Part shown: positions 1-12,292 of the stretch, piece after piece | Layout: every line of letters starts with the position of its first letter | How positions within the stretch are numbered: the first letter of the stretch is position 1 | NCBI GenBank assembly: GCA_046563655.1 | Contig: CM102285.1 | Location: 3,348,001 to 3,412,000, forward strand | DNA: 64,000 nt | Direction of reading: 5' to 3' | From: Yuukianura sp. NJ FZ-2021 | Lineage: Eukaryota | Translations under genes and position numbers: made by a program | Notes under the pieces: model-generated | Database searches by the model: none | The model's input: only the letters and a program-made list of their open reading frames with translations | What the model was told of the DNA's origin: nothing

Positions 1-65
1 TCTTTAAACACTTCTCCACTTCTCGATAAAACACTACGGTAAAGGAAGTATTTAAAAGTCTCAAA

Positions 66-2228
66 ATGGGTGGATTTGGACCAACATTTCCGGATGGCTC
101 AACGCCCAAAATATGCATCATCGGTGCTGGGTAAAATATTTCCTTCAAAATTTTATTTTTCACTATTTTCCATGAGGAACAAAATTTTAATTTGCAGATT
201 CTCAGGCCTAACCGCTGGAATTCAATTGAAACGGCAACTCAAATTAAGTTCGTTTACAATTTACGATGAAAATCATGACATTGGCGGAACATGGCTTGTG
301 AATACTTATCCGTAAGCCTAAAAAACACTCTCGTTAGGAAAACAAAAAAGCTTGGAAAGCTCTTATTTAGTGAAATGTGTTTGAAAATTTGTCACTTTAC
401 TAGAGGAGTTGCATGCGATATTCCAAGTATTTTATACAGCTTGTCATTCGAGTTGAACCCAGGTATAAAAAAATGAAACTAAAATTTTGGAAAACGGATT
501 GCCAATATTTGAGTTTCAAAATTATGCTTAAATACAGACTGGCCTGAAGCGTATTCGTCGAGCGAAGCCATTTTGAAGTACATGCGAAAACTTGTCGGAA
601 AGTATGACCTGAACCCCCACATCAAGCTCAATACGGAGGTCAGGGCCACTGTGTGGGACGAAGATGCAAAGAAGTGGAGTGTGGCGCTGTATAACAAGGA
701 GAATCAACAACAACATACTCAGCAATTTGATATTGTGTAAGACTAGTTGACCTTGCATGTCAAAAATACAAGATATCTCAAGACTTCACAAAAATATTTT
801 CAGAATCACTGGCTTAGGCCTCCTGCGGAGTCCAAATGTCCCACAAAATTTCAAAAACTTCAAGGGTCCTGTTTTTCATTCTGCAGAGTGGGACCACTCT
901 GTTGACCTCACAGACAAGGTTGTTGGCATCATCGGATCTGGTTCAACTGCTATTCAGATTATTCCAGCCATTGCCAAAAAAGTGAAGGAGTTGCATTGCT
1001 ATCAAAGGAAACCTGGACATGTCGCAGAGAGGCCACAGAAAACTTATTCCCAAGCATGGAAGTTGGCATGCAAATATTTTCCGGTAATTTTAAATATCCT
1101 ATTTACAGATTTAATTACAAAAGTTATTATTACCCACAAAAATAAAAAATCAGATAAATACATTGTCGTTTATGTTTTTAGCCTTTGATGTGGATAATGC
1201 GGCTTCTAATTTTTATTAAATTTGAACTGTTCCACTTTTCGTTTTTTCCGGGAGGAAAAGTGAACAAACTCGGTACGTATAGATTTTTGTGTAACTTTGT
1301 TAAATTTCCAGTTAAAGGATTTTAAATTATTATTAACAAGAACAGTTTTTACTTTACAACTTGTTAGTTACTGAAACGTGCAAAAATCATTTGGAAAAGC
1401 AAGTTGAAGATGAAGCATTGCGGCAGAAAGCGGCTCCAGGATTTGTTTACGGCTGCAAAAGACTTTTGTTCCACAACGACTATTACCCGGCTCTCCAACT
1501 TCCAAATGTCAGACTTCACCGCGGAAAAATTCAACAAATTTTTGGAGAAATAGTTGAATGTGAGGATGGAAGTAGCACAAAACTGGATGTGCGTGGATCA
1601 GGATTTCGAATTTCCATTGGAAAAATTAATCTTTTAAGTTGATAAATGTAATTTTAGGTTCTAATTTTGGCAACTGGATTCAAAAGTAATCACTACATGG
1701 ATCCTCTAAAAATTGTTGGTAAGGGAGGAATCAATGTCAATGAGCACTGGAAAGAAAACGTGCCATCTTCCTACCTCGGCATCATCACGCACTCTGCGCC
1801 GAATCAGTTCTTTCTTCTTGGACCGAACACCGTAAGAAAGGGAATCTACAAGTTAATTGTGTTTCGAAATTTACTCAAGAATATGATATTTTTCAAAATC
1901 TAAAATTATATAATTTTTTGAATTTTAGCTATTGGGCCACAGCAGCGTCTTGTACATAATGGAGTGTCAAGTGAACTACATTGTTGATGGAATCCGACAG
2001 ATGATGCTGAAGAACATAAAAGTAGTTCAGCCCAAGAAAGCCGTTGAGGAGAAGTACATGGATGAAATACAGCGTGAACTAAAGAAGATGGTGTGGGCCA
2101 CTGGAAAATGCGAAGCATGGTACAGCGATGGTCGTGGTAATGTCACTGCTCTCTGGCCATACAACTGTCTCACGTACTGGAAAAGAACGCGCAAGTTCCG
2201 CATGGGAGATTACGAAACGTGTGTTTGA
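66..2228 (+). CDS. Type I Baeyer-Villiger monooxygenase (flavin monooxygenase), multi-exon
   Basis: Spliced reading gives [25 protein letters not shown] (Rossmann 1), [15 protein letters not shown], the BVMO fingerprint [12 protein letters not shown], Rossmann 2 [15 protein letters not shown] and LATGF, ending ...YETCV*. Short GT-AG introns. Confidence 0.9.
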
Positions 2229-3232
2229 AATGAGACTTTTTTTTTGAAATTCTGTTTTGAAAAATTCACAATTTTAATGGAACAATGTGTGCATACAAAC
2301 CATTCTTAAGCCAAATTGAACTCTATTGCATGCAGTAATTTTTTCACACGCCATTTTCTCCTACGCCAGAAGCTATTTTAATGTAGGGTAGTGTGCTACT
2401 CTTCCGAATCAATAATAATTCAAATGTATTCCAATTTGACGCTTCCAATATTTTTCCATAATCAAATATGGTAAACTTGTTTGGTCAGTTCTAGGGTATC
2501 CTAATCGTTAAAAATCATGAAATTACAATGCAAGATGGAACTAAGATATCAGATCTTGTACCTAAAATATTGACAAACGCAGCTTTCCAGAAATTGTCAA
2601 AACACTAATCAATATTTTTCCAATGCAGGTTCAAGCGTTTGGAATATTCCAATTGCATTTCAAGTTAAATAAAGTTGACGAGCGTACAGTTAACTACGGC
2701 TGGTACATTTTGCTAATCTTGAAATTTATTATACCACAGACTGTCTACTTAGTTGTGTACAATATGGTAGTTACTGCCTAATTACCTCGACAAAGGTTTT
2801 TACGTATCGTAAATTACGATTCGCAACCAGATTTCTAGGCATATTAACTTTCGATGAAAGTTAATACTGGGTGCAACATCATTTCGAATGAGATATAGGA
2901 AATACCAGCTTCCTTTCCTTGTACAATTCATTCGTACAATGTCTAACGTTACTTTTATCCATACTTTTCATCGAGCAACTAAATCTTGTTTGGAATAAAT
3001 TTTAACTCTGGGCTATTGACGACAACATTGACATAGACCTTATTAAATAAAACATTTTTGAAAACACAAAAACTGACAATATAATCGCCGCTTCTGATCA
3101 AAAGCCATGTAGTTACTAATGTATTCACCACAAGCAGTATTTTCAAACACCTATTTAACGAGTTGTTCTTTGTAACAGAGTTCACATTTCTACAGTTGGC
3201 TGACAAAACAAAGTTCTAAGGTATTGTTAAAG

Positions 3233-4599
3233 ATGCTTACCAAACGAGGTTCCGTCGCTTTGGAACAAATCATGGAAATTGGCTGCTACCTAAAATTCTT
3301 CCCGTTTAAATGGGATCATAAAAAGCGTCGCTTGAACGCCCATATTTCTTCGTTTCACAAATTCGCTTTCAACTTTCACGGTATTGTTCAATGTGTCATG
3401 CTCATTTTTTCTTTTGTTCAACTTCTGCGCGGACTCAACGACCCTTTGATGCCACCGAGGATTCGCGTTATGAACCTTTTATGGATTTTGGCATACGTTC
3501 ACGGAATTCAAGGCTACTTGGAACTTGCGTTCAAACGGCAAAACATCCTCTTCATGTCTAACGCCGTTTTTGACTATATCGAAGCACAACAAAGTAAGTT
3601 TAAAAAAATGAAGAATTTATATGAATTCATACATTTTACTTACCTTCAAATTTGATTTTCAAAATTAGACAAACCAAATCCCAAGGTGGATCGCTGGCTT
3701 TCGGATTTGGTAATTTTGAGCAACTTTTTGCTGCTGATCAGTCCGGGAATCCACGGCGTGATGTTGATCGGAAACCCATGTGCACCGCATTTTTCGAGTT
3801 CTCTTTTTCTGGATTGTAAATGGGCTGGAGAAGTCGCTGGAACATTGCTGGACCAACTTCCGTTTTTCATTCTGGAAAACTACTTTGTCGCCGTGTTTTT
3901 CTTCTTGTTGGCATTCAATTGGTTCATAGTTTTCTTGGGACTCGGATGGCTACGTCGTGAACTTCAAGATATGAGGTAAGGGTTACCACTGAACAAAGTA
4001 GCACATTCTGATCAAAATTTTAAACGCATCTTATTTTCTACCAAAAATTTAATTAAAGCGCCAGTCTTAGCACGCCGGAGGGAGTTGTGGCTGAATTCGA
4101 ATCCATTCCGCTCAAGTACAGACACATTCAGTTTGTGTCAACGCTTCTAAACGAGTCGTTTCGACTGTACCTAAGTTGGGCTCCGATGATTTTTATGGCA
4201 CATGTTGCATTGCTGCTATTTGCGTCTTTTCGTTACTGGGATGAGGACATTGTCTCGTATGTTATGTTTCCGGCATGCGGAGCACGGTGTATGCTGGATG
4301 CTGTCACACCATTAGCTCTAGCTGGAAACGTGAGCGTCGAGTGCTCCAAGGCGTTTGAACTTTGGAAGAAAAGTACTACCGTATTTTTTGAAAGAGCAAG
4401 GCGTTACCCGCAGTATTTTACGGCTGGCTGGGTGACAATGTTCCAAGCCTCGTGTCAAGAGATCAGTTGTCAAGCTGGTTCGTTGTACAAAATGGAGCGA
4501 GCCATTTTGCCAGTCAACATCAACAATCTGGTTCTCATTACCCTAAACCTATTGATTTCCATTCCACACAAACCGGGTCAAAGCTATCAATATGTCTAG
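3233..4599 (+). CDS. Multi-pass membrane protein, gustatory/7TM chemoreceptor-like (3 exons)
   Basis: Three hydrophobic ORF segments joined by GT-AG introns. The C-terminus ISCQAGSLYKMERAILPVNINNLVLITLNLLI resembles the last loop/TM7 of arthropod GR-like receptors. Confidence 0.6.
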
Positions 4600-5165
4600 A
4601 AGATCTCACCATCTGAAGAAAAAATATAAAAACTGACGTTTCAAAACCAGATGCGAAGTAGTAATCCGACATTAAGAACTAGAAAGAAAACATTTACAAA
4701 CATGTAGAAAACTATCATTATAAAAATTGCTATACATAAATGGTTGTACCTATGTAGAATTGTAACTTCCCTTAGTTGAAGTTAGGTTTAAAGCAGGCTA
4801 AGGTATTTTGGAGATCTAAAAGTACAAACAGCATAACAACGGAATCACCCTAGTAAATCGTGAAGTAGCCGCACAGCATTTCTTAAGTAGCGAAAGCATG
4901 AGTTAACTGAATGTTTTTGTTTTCATATGTGAAAGCGCTCCCCGTCATACACATGCTCATGCATGGTATGTGAGTCTGGAGTATGGTATGGAGTATGGTT
5001 CTCCGTCGCGCTCACACCCATACCAATACCTACACCTCGGATGAACTGCTTCTACTACAACTAGCTTATGCCCGTTTGTCTACTTCTGTACGGCGATTAC
5101 GGTTTGTTTTATGTATGTTTGTTTTTAAAAAAAAATTCAATAAGGTAAAGTTACAAAGCTTCGTC

Positions 5166-5696
5166 AGTTAGTGGTAACTGTTTACCAGAAGAAAATAGGT
5201 CAAGCCCCCCTCCCCACACCCCTAGCCCCTGTCCATTCACCACGGTCCATTGTTAAAAGTTTTACCCCGATGCAATTGATGAGTGGTGGATTGAAGACAG
5301 TACAGTTATTAAAAACAAAAAATAAATTAATAAAGAATAATTTCTTTAAATTCAGAAGTATGTCAACTTAAGAAGTCAAGGATTTAAAAAAAATTTTTTG
5401 CCAACTTGTGGAAACTGAAGGATACATTCAATTTTCTTCAAAAAGTCTTTATTAGTATTCAAGTTGAAACTGTGTCAGAGTCGGAATTGATTACAATAAA
5501 TTTAAAAAAAAATTTAAGCTGAAGTTTCTACAATCCACAATTTTTCTTGTTGCTAATATTTTTCAAATTTTGGAAAATCTTTTCGAGTCTCCAATACTCC
5601 GGAATAGTGTAAGCAAGCAAATTTTGAATAGTTTTGACCAACGCTGTTTTTTGAGTGAACTTTTCCTCTGGAACGTAGTTTGTCATGACTCATGAG
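5166..5696 (+). repeat. Left terminal inverted repeat (~531 bp)
   Basis: Reverse complement of 10004-10535, with about five substitutions and one homopolymer indel seen by eye. Confidence 0.95.
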
Positions 5697-6126
5697 TCTG
5701 CCCATTTAGCGCCAATCAAAAATTGCAAATTTCGGAAATCCCTCTCTATCAATTCACCTTTACATACCAACTAGAAAATTTCCAACAGTCGATTTATTTC
5801 CTCTCGAAAGTAGTTTCTTTTCGCATAATTTTTTCCGGGTACAGTTTCCAAATTTTCCAAAAAAAAAAAGTGGTTCTGACAAAATTTTATTTTCAAAATT
5901 TTTGATTTGAGGACTAACGAAACCAATGTTTTGCCAAAACCAAAAAGTTAGGAAGTGACTAATACTAAAAGTTTATCGTCACTAACGTCATAAAAAGGTG
6001 AATGGAAATTGGTCTGTGGCTAATTTCTACTTTACGGCTGACATAATTTTGAAATAGATTTTCATTTTTTTAACAGTTAAGGTTTTGAAAAATAAAATTG
6101 AACATGGATAACCATTTAATAATTGT

Positions 6127-6630
6127 TTACTTCTTTTTTCCTACGTTTTTCGCAAACTCTCCATAGATGTTTCCTTCTGGCGAGAACACACAGAGCAATT
6201 CAAAAAAAAATTGTTTAGGTTTTTCTTCTTCACGGAAGATTATACATCCCACATACTCGGACTCTTTCCACACGAGTTGCGTGAAATCTAATGCAGATTC
6301 GTAAAATCCCGGTTTTTTGAAGTTGTAATATTTGCTATCAGCTTCCCAGGCGTTCACAGCATGCTGAAGTAATACTTCCTCATACTGCGTTGCATTGTTG
6401 TCTTCGAAAAAAATTTTGCCACCGTCCGAACGGCCGCTAGCGGGAATTTCCAATTGTTCCAAGGCTTCTTGAGCGTAATATTCTACAGCGTCGTTCCAAG
6501 TGAGGGGTTTAGCTCCATACTTCTTTCGAACTTTGTTCATCGCCCTAACCCCAAAGCTCTTGTAATCTGAAAAAACAGGAGTAATGGACGCCAGAACTCC
6601 AAACACCAAAAACCAGGTCAACAGCACCAT
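6127..6630 (-). CDS. Secreted CAP superfamily (SCP/PR-1/GAPR-1/Pry-like) protein, intronless
   Basis: Signal peptide, then N-x-x-R...PLTWN, AVNAW, YNFKKPGF, FTQLVWK...VGC and C-x-x-x-P-x-GN...F-x-x-NV CAP motifs. Confidence 0.9.
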   Translation of the reverse strand: MVLLTWFLVFGVLASITPVFSDYKSFGVRAMNKVRKKYGAKPLTWNDAVEYYAQEALEQLEIPASGRSDGGKIFFEDNNATQYEEVLLQHAVNAWEADSKYYNFKKPGFYESALDFTQLVWKESEYVGCIIFREEEKPKQFFFELLCVFSPEGNIYGEFAKNVGKKK

Positions 6631-7228
6631 TTTCTGATAAAAATAGTGAAAAACAACTTAAATTTCGGTTTTCGAAATAAAAGCGAGAACGACTGCAAGT
6701 TTTAAAAACCGGATGGAGGAACAGAGTCGTATCCGAGGTTGTTTAAATCTAACCCTTGCTTGTTTTTTACAAGGTTATGCCATAACTACTGTCTAAAGCA
6801 AATTGTTTTGAATTTTTTTCTGCGATTTGTTGGCCTTGCACCATGTAAAGTAAATGTGATTGGTCCAAAACTTGTTTCTTCAAGTTTTTTTTTCATCCGA
6901 GTTATGGCATAACCTGTTAGTTTGTACAAATTTCCGCTATAGCAATCTTGGTCGTATCAAATAGTTTTTTGCAGCAAAAGACTAAAACGACCTTTAGAAA
7001 AACTCATTAGTTTTCAACAAAAAAAGAAGTAATAGTTCGGTTTTTGGATAGAAAATAGAATGAAATGTAAGACAAAAAAAATTAGGATTCTTACACTTTT
7101 TGGTCTAACTTTCAAAAAAAAATTTTTTGGTAGTTTGAATTTTGAGATGGAAAAACTCGCGAATTTATAATAAAGGCCTCGGGGGTTTCGAAATCAAAAA
7201 ATCAGAACCAACCACAGTTTAAAAGCAA

Positions 7229-7375
7229 AAGTATGTCAACTTTAGAAGTCAAAAATTCAAAAAGTATTTTTGGGCCAACACATTTGGGAACTGAAGGAGA
7301 AATTCAATTTTTTTTGAAAAGTTTTTATTAATATTCGGGTGAAAACTGTGTCAGAGTTGGAATTGATTACAATAA
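7229..7375 (+). repeat. Degenerate internal copy of part of the TIR
   Basis: Aligns by eye in direct orientation to 5356-5499 (aagtatgtcaact...tgtgtcagag..ggaattgattacaataa) with many mismatches. Confidence 0.8.
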
Positions 7376-7699
7376 TTTTTTCTGCAGAATAAACTTTTAG
7401 CTTTCGGAAACCACTGCACCGATTATGAATCCCTTGTCACAGTTCGATGTCGAAAACGGAGAAATGTTAGAAATCATGACTAATTTCTATTCCTTGTTCA
7501 AAATTTTCAAAGTTAGATTGGGTCAAAAACAGTTTTTATTTTTACGTTCAAGCAGAGGTCAACCAGCAATATTGTAAAAGTAGCTATACAACTCATCTTA
7601 TCTCCAACATAAAGAGGAGTGTATTTGGTCCCAACAAGCCAAAGAGCATGGCATGGGAAAACTACGGAAGCTTAAAAGGGTCAAATCACTTCCCACTTT

Positions 7700-8230
7700 C
7701 CAGTGCTCGGTACTCGATGCACAGTGCGCGGTTCCCAGTACCCGGTGCGCGGTTCCCAGTACTCGGTATCCGCTTCCCAGTACTCAGTGCGCGGTTCCCA
7801 GTTGTCGCTGCGCGGTTCCCAGTTGTGCTGCGCGGTTCCCTGTTGTGCTGCGCGGTTCGCAGTTGTCGCTGCGCGGTTCCCAGTACTCGGTGCGTGGTTG
7901 CCAGCACTCGGTGCGCGGTTCCCAGTACACGGTGCGCAGTTCCCAGTACTCGGTACCCGGTTCCCAGTACTCAGTGCGCGATTGCCAGTACTCGCTGCAC
8001 GGTTCCCAGTACCCGATGCGCGATTCCCAGTACTCGGTATCCGATTCCCAGTACTCAGTGCGCGATTCCCAGTACTCGGTTCCCGGTTTCCAGTACTCGG
8101 TCCCCAGTACTCGGTTCCCAGTACTCGGTGCTCGGTCCGTGGTACCCGTACTCAGTGCGCGGTTCTCGCTTCCCACTACTCAGTACCTGGCCCTCTCTCG
8201 CTTCCCACTGCTCAGTTCCCAGTGCACGGT
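7700..8230. repeat. GC-rich minisatellite, ~21-bp unit (ttcccagtactcggtgcgcgg)
   Basis: Unit visible in the sequence. Gives 7-aa periodic ORFs in several frames. Confidence 0.95.
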
Positions 8231-8235
8231 CCTGA

Positions 8236-8425
8236 TTTCCCACGATTCATTTCCCGAGATTCGTTTCTCGAGATTCATTTCCCAACATTCATTTCCCGAG
8301 ATTCATGTCTCGAGATTCATTTCTCGAGATTCATTTCCCGACATTCATTTCCCGAGATTCATTTCTCGAGATTAATTTCTCGAGATTCATTACTCGAGAT
8401 TCATTATCCCAAGATTAATTTCTCA
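8236..8425. repeat. Minisatellite, 15-bp unit (tttcccgagattcat)
   Basis: Tandem copies directly follow the 21-bp array. Confidence 0.9.
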
Positions 8426-8572
8426 AGAATACTCAACACTTTACTCACAACCCATGGCGGAAAATTCCAAAAAGTGAAATTAATCTAATGAATGAATTTT
8501 GAAAACAAGGGTTACCAGAATATTACCAAAAGAAATTCAAATTAAACAACTTTAATTTTAAATTGAAATTCA

Positions 8573-9492
8573 AACAAGGTAGGGCGATGCTCAAGGGTTG
8601 AGCATAGGTCTTCCGGAGGGAGTTGACAATTGATACGACATGTAGACCGGCCTACCGCAAAACTGTAGACGAACTGAGAAACCGTTTTCATGGAATTGAA
8701 GCTCTAAAACGTTGCTAAAAATTTTCAGTGCAAATATGAGATCCTATTTTGTGCATGAGTTGCACCAACATTGTCTTGGCAATTTTACCGGTTATTTAAA
8801 CCAAAATCATGTTAAAGCTTTGAGGCCCAAAATACCTGCTCTGAATTGTTCTAAATTGGTGTGCACAAAATGCACAAAATTGAACGCTTAGAAGGAGTCA
8901 AATATCATTCTTGATTGATGTTCTTAATTTGAATGGCTTCGTGGAAAAACAACCAAACAGATTTTTGGTTTAACTTAAGTTGCACAAAATTTGTTTGTAA
9001 ACAAAGTTTCAAACGAATTTGGAAGTGTGAGATAATTCGCATTTCTTTAAAATCAAAACCAAAAATTTCTCGCACAGGCAAATTTGAACTCTGCCAAACT
9101 CTGTTTACATATTACGAATTTAAGCCAAATTTTCTCCCCTCTAATCAGTCTTAATTTAACAACGTAACTAAACATAAAGCCAGAAAGTGACCAGATCAAA
9201 ACCCCGTTGTTTATAAATGCTTTGAGTGCAATCGAAACCAAAACTGTTTTGCGGAGGCACGATACTGCGGGTACGTAAAGTAGCCGCCCACTTCTACGTT
9301 GTTAATGTACGACTTTGAGTGCAATGCAGAGCTACTAAAAACACTCGAGGCATAGATAACCCCCCGACTGCGATGGGGCTTATGTTTCAGTGCAATGGGT
9401 CCTAAAAAACGTTACGGACGGACGGACGGACAGACAAAGTCGTATCAATAGTCTTCTTCAGCACGTCGTAGACGTGCGTCTCCAGAAGACTA
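8573..9492. mobile_element. Helentron-derived non-autonomous element (HINE/DINE-1-like), nested in the long-TIR element
   Basis: AACAAG end plus hairpin atgctcaa-ggg-ttgagcat (8587-8605). Sub-terminal IR gtcttccggag (~8608) / ctccagaagac (~9480). (GACG)n/GACA microsatellite at 9414-9436. Terminal hairpin gcacgtc-gta-gacgtgc (9461-9477). Confidence 0.7.
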
Positions 9493-10003
9493 AAAAGCAC
9501 AAAAAGTTTAGTGAGTCACACGGGTAGTGCCAAATTTAAAGTGTACAATATTCCTCAACTCTTAACAAATATGAAATTTAACATGCCGGCATGTTAAATT
9601 TCAAAACACGGACTCAAATGTTGGCTACGTTGGCTGCTCAATTGAGTCAAAACATGGAATTTAATAACGGCGTTGTTATTAACTCATGTCGCCTCTCACA
9701 TGGGTAAACCACGCTGTAAATTTGTCGGCAGGACATATTCATAGCCTATTTTCATAAGTGCACAAATGGACAAGCACATCCATTGATTGTTTCCGGTTAA
9801 TGCCACGTTTGCCACACGCCGACCTAAATCTAATGCATTTTTGTTGGTTTGAAGCTAAGAAAAGGTTCTTGTAACAGAAAATTAGTCCAATTTTTAGTAA
9901 ATATCCTATTTTTAGTAAATATGTTTGTCCATATTTCGGGCATTTTGCTACATATTTAAATAAATATTTCTGGGGTTATTAGCACATATGTTTGACATCC
10001 CTG

Positions 10004-10535
10004 CTCATGAGTCATGACAAACTACGTTCCAGAGGAAAAGTTCACTCAAAAAACAGCGTTGGTCAAAACTATTCAAAATTTGCTTGCTTACAATATTCCG
10101 GAGTATTGGAGACTCGAAAAGATTTCCCAAAATTTGAAAAATATTAGCAACAAGAAAAATTGTGGATTGTAGAAACTTCAGCTTAAATTTTTTTTTAAAT
10201 TTATTGTAATCAATTCCGACTCTGACACAGTTTCAACTTGAATACTAATAAAGACTTTTTGAAGAAAATTGAATGTATCCTTCAGTTTCCACAAGTTGGC
10301 AAAAAATTTTTTTTTAAATCCTTGACTTCTTAAGTTGACATACTTCTGAATTTAAAGAAATTATTCTTTATTAATTTATTTTTTGTTTTTAATAACTGTA
10401 CTGTCTTCAATCCACCACTCATCAATTGCCTCGGGGTAAAACTTTTAACAATGGACCGGGGTGAATGGACAGGGGCAAGGGGTGTGGGGAGGGGGGCTTG
10501 ACCTATTTTCTTCTGGTAAACAGTTACCACTAACT
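10004..10535 (-). repeat. Right terminal inverted repeat (~532 bp)
   Basis: Reverse complement of 5166-5696. The mirror ORFs 5171..5371(+) and 10330..10530(-) differ by one residue. Confidence 0.95.
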
Positions 10536-10761
10536 TTCGTCTTAAATCAAATTAGGTTTTACGTTAAATATAACCATGGTTTACCAGGACAAAATTGCAC
10601 GACAAAAATAGTTTCAAAAATCACAATAAAACTCACCATGTAAAAACACCACGGTTCAACAATAATTAATTACTTCTTTTCAATTTTTTTAATCAGATTT
10701 TGATTCTTATACAAAAACAGTTGGTTTCCACTAATCTTAACTCATCAAAAACAGTTATTAT

Positions 10762-11649
10762 TAAGTATCGTCAGATACTTATAGGGATCGTAATGGCCGT
10801 CCGTCCGTCCGACAGTATACTAGCCACAACATCTCTGGAACCGCTGGACCGATTTTCAATCTTCACAGATGAACTACACATGGTCCAGGGGTGGACAAGT
10901 GGTTTCCGGTTTGACCGGAAGTGACCAACTTCCGGGTCAAAGGTCAAGGTCAAGTACATTTTCGACGGAATTTGGAAAAATGGTCTCTACAAAAGTTGTT
11001 TATCTCAACGAGAGGAGCAACTTTTTTGTCGGCGATGTTGACCTTTGACCTACGGTTCTACAGATATAGACGCTGCAAGTTGCAAAATGGCGTCGCTCAT
11101 ACTACGCGCGTCTATAACTCTGGAACCACTTAAAAGATTTTCAACCTGTCTTCGCAGATGAGCTTCACATGGTAGGGGGGTCACTAATCGGTCTCTGGTT
11201 TGAACGGAAGTGGCCAAATTCCGGGTGAAAGGTCAAGGTCAAGTACATTTTTAAGTATCGTCAGATACTTTCATTCAGAGAAAAATCAGTTTCTGGATTC
11301 ATCTCAAGTGACCTCTATCGGTGTCAAAGGTGAAGGTTATGCCCTATTAATATTAGGGAAACGGACGGACAGACTCGGAAGGGGTTTGTGGAAATCCAGC
11401 TTTGATGACCTTGAGTGACCTCTAACGTGGTCAAGTCTCTAGGTCCTCCTTTTCTCTATAATTTGGAAAAGGATGGAACGATTTGGAAGTAGTTTCCAGG
11501 CATCGCTGTTTGACGACGCGAGGACTACGATTTCTGTTTGACCTCTAACAATGTGAGAGATCTAGGTCAGCAATATCTCGCACGGGAACTCTCTATAATT
11601 GATCTGACGATACTTATTTACATCGTCTTTGCAAGAAGTTTTATTGTTT
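10762..11649. mobile_element. Second HINE/DINE-1-like element (different family, opposite orientation)
   Basis: Terminal hairpin aagtatc-gtca-gatactt, (CCGT)n microsatellite ~10797-10810, sub-TIR atctgacgatactta at 11602-11616, internal duplication near 11230-11270. Confidence 0.65.
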
Positions 11650-12292
11650 CAAAAATTTGAATTTCGGTTGTTTTTAGTTTTGAGACTATTGATGTAGCTC
11701 TTTCTCTGTCTAATGCCATTTTAGGAATGTTGCTATAAAATATCAAAATTGGAGAAAATAAGCTGATACATTTTTGGTGATGGCATACAAAACAATTAAC
11801 TTTTATCTATTTTAAAAGGAATTTTTGAATTAGAGACTAAAATTTTTAATTATGAACCAACTTAACTTAAATTTCACTGAATTTTTTAACATTTTGTCAA
11901 AATGTTGAACTGCGTTGCAGCCTTGGACTGATGAAAGTGTTAAATTGCAGATAATTTTAATTTCAAAGTCAAAACGGCTAATCTTATTTTCTGCAACACC
12001 AGCATTAAAACGAATTGTCTTATCGTATTTGCGCAGAAAATGGTAAAGTGTTTACCATTGTGCCTTCCATCATCAGTTATTGCTTTCACTTCATATTTTT
12101 CGCATTTGACTTTCTCAAGTGTTATTCCAGTGAAAAATAATTGATGGAAGTAGTATCGATGGCCAAATGCTTTTTTATCTTTGATCGATTATCAATCACT
12201 GCGTGCAAAGCACACGCTAATTACATTGACTATAAAAATGCCCACTTAGTTGGCCAATTGCTCGGAATTTCATATAGAAATTTAAACAAACC

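Larger units (their letters stand above)
5166..10535. mobile_element. Non-autonomous long-TIR element with Polinton/Maverick-type ends, carrying a CAP gene
   Basis: TIRs at 5166-5696 and 10004-10535. Termini 5'-AGTTAGT...ACTAACT-3'. Direct repeat TTCGTC at 5160-5165 and 10536-10541. No recognisable integrase, pPolB or capsid ORF. Confidence 0.8.

Noticed and set aside
5171-5371. 66-aa ORF duplicated at 10330-10530
   Set aside because: It lies within the TIRs and starts at GTG; a by-product of the repeat.
7700-8425. CRISPR-like appearance of regular repeats
   Set aside because: Units are contiguous with no unique spacers, there are no cas genes, and the context is eukaryotic.
7648-8488. Several long overlapping ORFs with SQYSVRG / RFPVL / FPEIH repeats
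   Set aside because: The 21-bp and 15-bp repeat units are multiples of three, so many frames on both strands stay open. No independent coding evidence.
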